Positions 39,504 through 47,946 of a stretch of DNA of 64,000 nucleotides are shown here, one piece after another. Under the pieces are notes generated by a model that was given only the letters and a program-made list of their open reading frames with translations, searched no databases and was not told the DNA's origin. The position numbers and the translations under genes were made by a program. Each line of letters opens with the position of its first letter. The stretch's first letter is position 1. The DNA comes from Clostridia bacterium (GTDB lineage: Bacteria > Bacillota > Clostridia > TANB77 > CAG-508), in contig JAFTJF010000006.1 of NCBI GenBank assembly GCA_017456555.1, positions 75,103-139,102 on the forward strand, given 5' to 3'.

Positions 39504-40793
39504 ATGGATAACGAAAATGAATTTAATTTCAGCCCTGATAATAGCTTTAAAAAAAGTTCTGTAAAACGTTCAAATGGTGGTTTTGGAAAAACAGTAGTAG
39601 TTCCTTTCCTTTCAGGTGTAGTTGGTGCAACTTTGGTAGTAGGAACATGTTTTGGAGTTCCTACAATAAAATCAAAATTACTTGGAAATTATACTCCTAC
39701 AACGGTTACATCAGCTGCGACTTCAAATGATACATCAACAAATTTAATAAACATTTCTGACTATTCTGATACATCAGTTTCTGTTGCAGAAAAAGTATTA
39801 CCATCAGTTGTTGGTATAACAGTAACATATCAAATTAGTTCTTTTTTCGGAGGGAGCTCAACTGGTGAAGCTACTGGTTCTGGAATAATCGTTTCAGAAG
39901 ATGGTTATATAGTTACAAATAATCATGTAATAAATTCAGATGCTTCTTCATCATATTCAATAGCTGAAGCTACTGGAATAAAAGTTAATATATATGGAGA
40001 TTCACAAAGCTATGAAGCTACAATAGTTGGAACAGATGTATACACTGATTTAGCTGTTTTAAAAATAGAAAAAACAGGACTTTCTCCTGTTACAATTGGA
40101 GATTCAAATTCTGTTAAAGTTGGAGAATTTGTAATGGCAGTTGGAAATCCTCTTGGAATGGATTATTCTGTAACAAGTGGTATAGTAAGTGCAGTTGATA
40201 GAGAAATTGAAAGTGAAGGTTCTACTTACACAGCAATTCAAACAGATGCTGCTATAAACTCTGGTAACAGTGGTGGAGCTTTAGTAAATAGTAAAGGTGA
40301 ATTAATTGGAATTAACACAATGAAATTTGCTGGAACTGGAATTGAAGGAATTGGATTCGCAATCCCAATTTCATCTGCTACAGGAATTATCGATCAATTA
40401 ATAGAATATCAAACTGTAAAAAGACCTTATATAGGAATTGTTGGTTCTTCTGTTGATAGTGCAACTGCAAAAAGATATAACCTTCCAGAAGGTATATATG
40501 TAGAATCAGTTGAAGAAAATTCACCAGCATCTTTGGCTGGATTACAACAAGCAGATATAATTACAAAAATTGAAGATCAAGAAGTAAAATCTGTTAATGA
40601 ATTAAATAAAATCAAATACACTTATAACATTGGAGACACAGTAAAATTAACTGTTTATAGAAATGGTGAAACATTAGATTTAAATATTGTTTTAGCCGAA
40701 CTTCCTGAAGAGACAGAAACACAAACTCAAGTTCAAACACAAACACCTTCACAAGGAAATTCTGGTGGAAGTATATTTGATTTCTTTAGATAA
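39504..40793 (+). CDS. htrA: HtrA/DegP-family serine protease with PDZ domain
   Basis: GGAGG lies 6 nt before the ATG at 39504. TM anchor present. Catalytic-triad regions TNNHVI, DLAVLKI and GNSGGALVN, followed by a PDZ domain. Confidence 0.88.
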   Translation: MDNENEFNFSPDNSFKKSSVKRSNGGFGKTVVVPFLSGVVGATLVVGTCFGVPTIKSKLLGNYTPTTVTSAATSNDTSTNLINISDYSDTSVSVAEKVLPSVVGITVTYQISSFFGGSSTGEATGSGIIVSEDGYIVTNNHVINSDASSSYSIAEATGIKVNIYGDSQSYEATIVGTDVYTDLAVLKIEKTGLSPVTIGDSNSVKVGEFVMAVGNPLGMDYSVTSGIVSAVDREIESEGSTYTAIQTDAAINSGNSGGALVNSKGELIGINTMKFAGTGIEGIGFAIPISSATGIIDQLIEYQTVKRPYIGIVGSSVDSATAKRYNLPEGIYVESVEENSPASLAGLQQADIITKIEDQEVKSVNELNKIKYTYNIGDTVKLTVYRNGETLDLNIVLAELPEETETQTQVQTQTPSQGNSGGSIFDFFR

Positions 40794-40795
40794 AA

Positions 40796-40829
40796 CAAAA
40801 AAGAAACCTTTAAAAGGTTTCTTTTTTTA
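40796..40829. terminator. Bidirectional terminator
   Basis: AGAAACCTT-TAA-AAGGTTTCT hairpin flanked by A- and T-runs. Confidence 0.7.
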
Positions 40830-40832
40830 TGT

Positions 40833-42425
40833 CTAAAATGGATTTATTTTTACTATCCAATAGTCATCACACTTTATAATTCCTTCTTTTTCAGGCCACC
40901 ATGGAACTGTTTCTGGTGCAGCTATTACTCTTGCCTCTCTTGCCATCTCAGGCTCTGCCCAATTATATTTATATCCATATGCTCTAAGTAAATACACTAT
41001 TGTTTGACTAGACCAATAATACATTGGATCTGTTGTATGTGAATATTCAAATGCTGATGTACCTATTACTTGTCCTCTTATTATCGAATTATTATCTAAT
41101 CCATTATAATGTCCATAGAAATATATTTTATCTTCAAGTTCAGCCCCTGCTTCTGCTAAATCATGTCCAATTTGATAAACTAATTCTTTATCTCTTTCTC
41201 TTGTCAAATAATCTGTGTAATATAAAGATTCTAAATAATAAGCTTGATTCATACCTAAATAGCATATCCCCATAATTAAAACAAAATTAATTAATTGTTT
41301 ATTAATTTTTGTTTTAATAAAATATGATACATATAATATTGCTAACGCTTCAATTATTGGAATATATATTTCGGCTCTTACAACACTACTTTGCCCTATG
41401 TATATTGTTAGTAAAAATGGTGTTACACAAAAAGCTAAATATACACAAAAATATATAATTTTTAAAAAAGTATTTTTGTTTTTTACATTTTTTATAGAAT
41501 TATATATTCCTATAACACTCATACCTATAAGTGAAATTAGTAATCCTATATTATAGAATATACCTTCCCCTAATAGTATTGATTTGCAATGATAATAAAT
41601 ATTTTTCAAAATATCTTTTTTGCGCATGTCAGTTTTCCATGCATTAACTAAATATGTACTTTCTATATTTAGGATTTTTAATGTAATTTGATATCCTACA
41701 AAAACTATTATAAAAGTAATTGAAACAAATAATGCTAATTTTATAATAGAGAAATTTTCTATTTGAATATTTTCGTTTTCCATCACTAATATAAAGCATA
41801 TTATGCACATAGCAATATATATTGCTATAAAAGATTGATATGTTGCAATTGCTAAGAATAACAAAAGCATTCCTATTATTGTAGATATTTTATTTTTTTC
41901 TAATGCTCCTTTATAAATAAGCAAATTAGATAAAACAATAAGTACTAATCCAAAAGATATTTCTGCTATTTGAATAACAAAAATAAATGCTTCTGCCCAT
42001 ATTGGATTTGTAAAACATATTAAAGGGAAAATCAAATTTAAATTTTTTAAATCTTTACCAGATAATCTATAAATTGTGTAATAGCACAATATACAAAAAA
42101 TAAATAAAAATATTATTGTTAAAACTTCTGCATAAAACATATTAAAAGAATTTAAATTCAATATATTTTTTTCTAGTATTAATCCAAATCTTCCTATTTC
42201 CATCCAGTTATAATCATTTGTAGGATTATTAACAAATACATCTGTATCTATACCAACATTTGAATTAAATAACAAATAGCCATGACAAACTATTAATATA
42301 ATAAAAGTAACAAGCAATAAAAACGTCCTATTTTCACAATATTCTATAATATTTTTAAATTCTTTTCCTATTTCTACAAATTGTTTTTTTAATGATTTTA
42401 ACATTTCAATAATTTTTTCTTTCAT
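40833..42425 (-). CDS. Polytopic membrane protein, possibly a GT-C / GtrII-like glycosyltransferase
   Basis: 530 aa with about 12 TM helices and a soluble C-terminal domain. The family call is tentative. Confidence 0.4.
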   Translation of the reverse strand: MKEKIIEMLKSLKKQFVEIGKEFKNIIEYCENRTFLLLVTFIILIVCHGYLLFNSNVGIDTDVFVNNPTNDYNWMEIGRFGLILEKNILNLNSFNMFYAEVLTIIFLFIFCILCYYTIYRLSGKDLKNLNLIFPLICFTNPIWAEAFIFVIQIAEISFGLVLIVLSNLLIYKGALEKNKISTIIGMLLLFLAIATYQSFIAIYIAMCIICFILVMENENIQIENFSIIKLALFVSITFIIVFVGYQITLKILNIESTYLVNAWKTDMRKKDILKNIYYHCKSILLGEGIFYNIGLLISLIGMSVIGIYNSIKNVKNKNTFLKIIYFCVYLAFCVTPFLLTIYIGQSSVVRAEIYIPIIEALAILYVSYFIKTKINKQLINFVLIMGICYLGMNQAYYLESLYYTDYLTRERDKELVYQIGHDLAEAGAELEDKIYFYGHYNGLDNNSIIRGQVIGTSAFEYSHTTDPMYYWSSQTIVYLLRAYGYKYNWAEPEMAREARVIAAPETVPWWPEKEGIIKCDDYWIVKINPF

Positions 42426-42487
42426 AAAATCTCCAAATTCAAATCAAGCCCAAATTGTATATAAACAATTCAGGCTCTTTTTTATAA

Positions 42488-43717
42488 TTATATTTTTAAA
42501 CTTCTTTTTCCATTTACTTTATTTTCTGAGGTTTTTTTGTATATAATTCTATCTCTATTTAAAATTGAATATACAAATGAAGTTATTGGAACTGTACATA
42601 CAACACCAATACTTCCTGCAATTGCTGAAATTATTTGTTCTGCAATTGTTTCTTTATTCAAAATCTCAAATAAATTCATATTACATGCCATAAATAATAA
42701 AATTAAATTTAATGATCCACCAACATAAGCTAAAATTAAAGTATTTGTCATTGTTCCTATAACATCTCTTCCTATGTTCATACCACTTTTTAATAATTCT
42801 TGCCATGTTATATCAGGATTTTTTAATTTTATTTCGTCCAAGCTTGATGCAATAGACATACCAACGTCCATACAAGCTCCCATTGCTGATACTATGATTC
42901 CAGCAAATAATAATTGTCTGAAGTTGAAATTGATTTCTGTCATATTAATACTTAATTGAATTGCATCTTCACCAGCACCAGTTAATTTCGCTAAATTATT
43001 AAATATTAAAGCAACAACTCCAGCAGATATAACTCCACCAAAAGTTCCTATTGCTGCTGTTAATATTTTTTTATTTATTCCATCACCTATAATTATAAAT
43101 GTACCAACAATTACTAGTATTGATGTAATAATAGAATTTTTAATTGCATGATCTCCATTAAAAATTCCTTTTACCATTATAAAGTATATTAGTAAAATTG
43201 TGAATATTAAACCAAGAATTGCTTTAACACCTTTTTTTCCACCTATTAAAATTACTATTCCTAAGAATAAAATAGCCATCCAAGCTATGTATGGAGCTCT
43301 TACAACATCTAATACTGTTGCTGTTGTTGTTCCATTTGCATCTTCTATTATTTGAACAGATACTTGATCTCCTACTTCTAATTCATAAGCTAAAATTTTT
43401 CCATCGATGTCATAAGATAAAACATATTCTGTAGTAAACTCTTCACCAATGTAATCACCTTCTGTAATTTCTACAGTTACCTCTTGTACTTTTTCTTTTA
43501 CAGAACCATTTTGAACATCTTTTACAGCTTGTGTTTCCACAATTTTTCCATATGTGTTTATTAATGTTTCATTATTTTCCACTAGTTCCGCATTTGCCGT
43601 TAAATCTGTTTGTGTTGTATTAGACGTTTGTGTAGCTGGTTCTGTTGCATTTAAAGTTACACAAAACATATTTATCATAAGTAAAAAAACAATAAGTATT
43701 ACTCTAAATTTTTTCAA
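42488..43717 (-). CDS. YibE/F-family membrane protein with an N-terminal extracytoplasmic domain
   Basis: Signal peptide, then a TM bundle containing GTFGGVISAGVVALIFNNLAKLTGAG. Confidence 0.6.
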   Translation of the reverse strand: MKKFRVILIVFLLMINMFCVTLNATEPATQTSNTTQTDLTANAELVENNETLINTYGKIVETQAVKDVQNGSVKEKVQEVTVEITEGDYIGEEFTTEYVLSYDIDGKILAYELEVGDQVSVQIIEDANGTTTATVLDVVRAPYIAWMAILFLGIVILIGGKKGVKAILGLIFTILLIYFIMVKGIFNGDHAIKNSIITSILVIVGTFIIIGDGINKKILTAAIGTFGGVISAGVVALIFNNLAKLTGAGEDAIQLSINMTEINFNFRQLLFAGIIVSAMGACMDVGMSIASSLDEIKLKNPDITWQELLKSGMNIGRDVIGTMTNTLILAYVGGSLNLILLFMACNMNLFEILNKETIAEQIISAIAGSIGVVCTVPITSFVYSILNRDRIIYKKTSENKVNGKRSLKI

Positions 43718-43731
43718 TTAAACTCCCCCTA

Positions 43732-44619
43732 TTAGAAAATTATTATATCCATTTCATTTGTGTAATCATTATTTCCATAAGCATAAACAAGGTATATATA
43801 TCCATCTTGTGTTAAAAAGAAATTAGTTGTATTCTCTACTTTATAAATTTCACTTTCTAAATCTCTTTCATAAAGAGTTCCATAATCAGCAGCAATTATT
43901 TTTGCGTTATTATATGCTTTTTTAATTTCATCATTTATTGTTGTTTGAATTGATTCTAGTGTTAAACCTTTTACTGTTAAAATGTCTGAATAATTTAAGA
44001 CATCTTCTAAAGATAAAATTCTTTTTTCTGGTAAACTATAACAATAAGTTTTTATTGTTACTTTTTCAGCCTTTCCAGCTTCTTTTAATGATGATTTTAC
44101 TACTAAAGATAATACATCTTCGTTTACAAATGATGCATATGTTACAGAATACACAGTATTCCCTTCTGTTCTTCTCATTACATTATTTGCTGTATCATAA
44201 AATTCTGTTTTAATTTCAGCATTTATTTTTTTAGCTTGTTCTGTATCTATATTTAAAATAGGAATTTGTGCATTTACAGTATAAAAATTTTCATCTTCAT
44301 TTAATAAGTTATATCCTGTATACACTAAATCCTTAGAACTTTCAATTCTATCTACTCTAACATTCTCACTATTTATTATTATTGAATTAGTAAAAAGATT
44401 ATTAAAATCTGCTTTTAATATATCTATTTCTTCAGCAGTCTTTTTACTTCCTATATTTATACCTAACATTAACGGATCGGTATCAGAATATTTATAGAAA
44501 AATTGAGTATATATTCCTATACATATTGATACTATACATATTAAAGCAAGTACTGCAAAGAATATATATTTTTTTGGTCCAGTTAATGTACTTACAAATC
44601 TTCTTATTGCTCTTTTCAT
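43732..44619 (-). CDS. Membrane-anchored protein, RsiV-like (DUF4163/DUF3298-like)
   Basis: N-terminal signal anchor. C-terminal FFLTQDGYIYLVYAYG pattern. The family call is tentative. Confidence 0.4.
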   Translation of the reverse strand: MKRAIRRFVSTLTGPKKYIFFAVLALICIVSICIGIYTQFFYKYSDTDPLMLGINIGSKKTAEEIDILKADFNNLFTNSIIINSENVRVDRIESSKDLVYTGYNLLNEDENFYTVNAQIPILNIDTEQAKKINAEIKTEFYDTANNVMRRTEGNTVYSVTYASFVNEDVLSLVVKSSLKEAGKAEKVTIKTYCYSLPEKRILSLEDVLNYSDILTVKGLTLESIQTTINDEIKKAYNNAKIIAADYGTLYERDLESEIYKVENTTNFFLTQDGYIYLVYAYGNNDYTNEMDIIIF

Positions 44620-44810
44620 TTGAATCTCCTTCTTTTAAATTAGCTTCATTATAGCACTTATATTCAAAAATATCAATTATTTATATAAATTTAATTATAT
44701 GTAAAACTGCAAGAAAATTTATAAATTTTTCTATAGCACTCTACATCTTGTATTGCTAATTTTTCTGCTGTAATTTGTATTTTATCAACAAAATTTAGAT
44801 AAAAAATCCA

Positions 44811-44839
44811 TTGACTATATATAAAAAATATTGTATGAT
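44811..44839 (+). promoter_or_regulatory. Candidate promoter of the clpC-like gene
   Basis: TTGACT, 17 nt, TATGAT. Confidence 0.4.
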
Positions 44840-44907
44840 TATGTCTATAGAATTTAAAGTTTATACAATTTTTAACTCAAATATATTAATTCTAAAGGAG
44901 AAAACAA

Positions 44908-47238
44908 ATGATATGTTCAGTATGTAATAAAAACACAGCAGTTGTGTTCTTAAATAAAATTGAAAATGGTAAAAAAACTGTTGAAGGTCTTTGCTATAAT
45001 TGTGCTAAAGAAAAAGGAATTAATCCTCTTGAAGTTTTAGCAAAAAATGCAAACATCTCAAACGAAGAAATCGAAGATATGTCTAACCAATTCGAAAGTA
45101 TATTAAAAGACTTTTCAGAAAATATGAATCTTGAAGCATTAGGAATAACTTCTGAAGATTTAGAAAATCTTGAAAAAATGGATAGTCCAATTGAAGGTGA
45201 AGATAATCCAATTAAAAATATTTTTGGAATTTTCAAAGCATCAAATCCTCAAGATTCTGCATCTCAAGATGAACCTCAAGAATCATCTTCTGGTAAAACT
45301 GTAAAAGTTCAAAAGAAAGAAAAAAATAAAAAGAAAAAATTCCTAGATACATTTGGAACAAACTTAACAGATAAAGCAAAAAATGGTTTATTAGACGTTG
45401 TAATTGGTAGAGAGCAAGAAATCGAAAGAATGATTCAAATTTTAAATAGACGTTCAAAAAACAATCCTTGTTTAATTGGTGAACCAGGTGTTGGTAAAAC
45501 AGCAATTGCTCAAGGTTTAGCATTAAAAATTGCAAACCAAGAAGTTCCTGCAAAACTATTAAACAAAGAAGTTTATTTATTAGACATGACAGCAATTATA
45601 GCTGGTACTCAATTTAGAGGTCAATTCGAAGCTAGAATGAAATCTCTTGTTGATGAATGTAAAACATATGGAAATATAATTTTAGTAATAGATGAAATTC
45701 ACAATATCATAGGTGCTGGTGATGCAGAACATTCTATGAATGCTGCAAACATTTTAAAACCTTCCCTATCTAATGGTGAAATCCAATTAATTGGAACAAC
45801 AACTTTAAAAGAATATAGAAAATATATTGAAAAAGATTCAGCATTAGAAAGAAGATTCCAACCAGTTCTTGTTGAAGAACCATCTATAGATGATACTATC
45901 GAAATAATAAAAGGAATCAAAAAATATTATGAAGATTTCCATAAAGTAACTGTTACTCCAGATATAATTGAAAAAACAGTTAAAATGTCAGAAAAATATA
46001 TTCATGACAGATTTCTACCAGATAAAGCTATCGATTTAATAGATGAAGCTTGTTCAAAAATAAACTTAAAAAATAAAGCTTTATTCGAGCTTGAATTAAT
46101 AAAAAATGAATTAAAGAAAGTTGCTGAAGAAAAAGAAGAAGCTGTTTCTTCAGATTCAATCGAAGAATATCAAAAAGCAGCTGATTTAAAAACTAAAGAA
46201 TGTACTTTAATTCAAAGAATGGAAGAAATCGAGAAAGATTTAAAACCTGCTGTTCTTACAATTCAAGATATTGCAGAAGTAATTGAACGTTGGACAAAAA
46301 TTCCAGTAACAAAAATTACTGAAGCTGAAACTCAAAAATTATTAAACTTAGAAGCAAATCTTCATAAACACATCATTTCTCAAGATGAAGCTGTAACAGC
46401 TGTTTCTAAAGCAATAAGAAGAAATCGTGCAGGATTACAAAGTACAAAACGTCCACCTTCTTTCATATTTGTTGGACCAACTGGTGTTGGTAAAACAGAA
46501 CTAGCTAAAGCTTTAGCTTATGAAATGTTTGGAAGCGAAGAAAATATAATTAGAGTAGATATGTCTGAATTTATGGAAAGTCATTCTACTTCAAAATTAA
46601 TTGGTTCTCCTCCAGGATATGTTGGTTATGATGATGCTGGTCAATTAACTGAAAAAGTAAAAAGAAGACCATATTCAATTCTTCTATTTGATGAAATTGA
46701 AAAAGCTCATCCAGATGTATTTAATATCTTACTTCAAGTATTAGATGATGGAAAACTAACAGATGCTCAAGGAAATACAGTTAACTTTGAAAACACAATT
46801 ATAATAATGACATCAAATGCTGGTTCTAACTTAAATAATAATTCTATAGGTTTTGGAAATCAAACAATAATGAACAAAGACAAAATCTTAGGAGCATTAA
46901 AAGATTTATTTAGACCAGAATTCTTAAACAGAGTTGATGAAGTTATAGTATTCAATTCTTTAACAGAACCAGAATTATTACAAATAGTAGATTTACTTCT
47001 TGCAAAAACTCAAGAAGCTTTAAGCAATAAAGAAATCTATTTATCATTAAACAGTGAAGCAAAACAATATATTGCTCAAAAAGGAACTGACTTAAAATAT
47101 GGTGCAAGACCATTAAGAAGAGCAATTCAAAAATTAGTTGAAGACGAAATTGCTGAAATGCTTTTAAGAGGCGAAGTAGTTTCAGGACAAACAATTCATG
47201 GTTATATAGAAAATGGTGAACTAAAATTTAGTGTATAA
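44908..47238 (+). CDS. Class III-type double AAA+ Clp ATPase (ClpC-like) with an N-terminal C4 zinc-ribbon-like segment instead of Clp_N repeats
   Basis: CSVCNK ... CYNCAKE at the N-terminus. Two Walker A sites (GEPGVGKTA, GPTGVGKTE). UVR-like coiled coil between the AAA modules. Confidence 0.85.
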   Translation: MICSVCNKNTAVVFLNKIENGKKTVEGLCYNCAKEKGINPLEVLAKNANISNEEIEDMSNQFESILKDFSENMNLEALGITSEDLENLEKMDSPIEGEDNPIKNIFGIFKASNPQDSASQDEPQESSSGKTVKVQKKEKNKKKKFLDTFGTNLTDKAKNGLLDVVIGREQEIERMIQILNRRSKNNPCLIGEPGVGKTAIAQGLALKIANQEVPAKLLNKEVYLLDMTAIIAGTQFRGQFEARMKSLVDECKTYGNIILVIDEIHNIIGAGDAEHSMNAANILKPSLSNGEIQLIGTTTLKEYRKYIEKDSALERRFQPVLVEEPSIDDTIEIIKGIKKYYEDFHKVTVTPDIIEKTVKMSEKYIHDRFLPDKAIDLIDEACSKINLKNKALFELELIKNELKKVAEEKEEAVSSDSIEEYQKAADLKTKECTLIQRMEEIEKDLKPAVLTIQDIAEVIERWTKIPVTKITEAETQKLLNLEANLHKHIISQDEAVTAVSKAIRRNRAGLQSTKRPPSFIFVGPTGVGKTELAKALAYEMFGSEENIIRVDMSEFMESHSTSKLIGSPPGYVGYDDAGQLTEKVKRRPYSILLFDEIEKAHPDVFNILLQVLDDGKLTDAQGNTVNFENTIIIMTSNAGSNLNNNSIGFGNQTIMNKDKILGALKDLFRPEFLNRVDEVIVFNSLTEPELLQIVDLLLAKTQEALSNKEIYLSLNSEAKQYIAQKGTDLKYGARPLRRAIQKLVEDEIAEMLLRGEVVSGQTIHGYIENGELKFSV

Positions 47239-47255
47239 AACATAATAATATAAAA

Positions 47256-47287
47256 CCAAAAGAGGTTACAAACGTAACCTCTTTTTA
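47256..47287. terminator. Bidirectional terminator
   Basis: AGAGGTTAC-AAAC-GTAACCTCT hairpin followed by a T-run. Confidence 0.7.
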
Positions 47288-47338
47288 ATTTTAATACCAT
47301 ATTTTATAAAATTAAAGCACATTTGAACTTTCTATTTT

Positions 47339-47887
47339 TTATTCAAAGTCTTCTAAAGCTGAATTTAAATTTCTAGTTCCATAAACAAATATCCCCTCTT
47401 CTAAATTTACTATATCTGTTTCTGTTAAATATTCTCTACTTATATTAGTTGTTTTCAATAATCTAAAATCGTCAAATTCTTCCATCTGATAAATTTCTAC
47501 GTTACTCTCTCCTAGTCTTAATACATAATGCTCATCACACATTGAATCTATATTTTGAGCAAGTACAATTTCTTTATCACTAAATTTTTCAATTTTCCAT
47601 TCAGAATATAAATCTTCAATTTCATCTTTAGTTAAATTTATAAATTCTGTTGGTAATTCAACTTCATTTACTAAGCAATGTCCGCATTCATTATAATATT
47701 TTTTTAAAGCCAGTTCAGCATCAAATGCAACTTTCTCCTCTGTTATAGAAGTTTCCTTAACTTTATTTTCTTGAACTATTTTCGCTTCATCTGGCATATT
47801 TTGTTTTTTCCATAAACTAGCATAATAAAAACCTGTACCAATTGAAAATACAAATATTAGAAATCCATATAATAAAATTTTTCTCAT
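47339..47887 (-). CDS. BofC-like membrane-anchored protein (sporulation checkpoint family), tentative
   Basis: AGGTGA SD before the ATG at 47887. TM anchor present. The C-terminal HYVLRLGESNVEIYQ ... LEEGIFV ... LEDFE pattern resembles the BofC C-terminal domain. Confidence 0.45.
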   Translation of the reverse strand: MRKILLYGFLIFVFSIGTGFYYASLWKKQNMPDEAKIVQENKVKETSITEEKVAFDAELALKKYYNECGHCLVNEVELPTEFINLTKDEIEDLYSEWKIEKFSDKEIVLAQNIDSMCDEHYVLRLGESNVEIYQMEEFDDFRLLKTTNISREYLTETDIVNLEEGIFVYGTRNLNSALEDFE

Positions 47888-47946
47888 ACATATCACCTAT
47901 TTGTAGTATGTATAATTTGGAAATTATTATTCGATTTTTTATAATA

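Noticed and set aside
44620-44907. A CtsR operator (tandem GGTCAAA heptads) upstream of the clpC-like gene.
   Set aside because: The motif is not present in the 288-nt upstream region.
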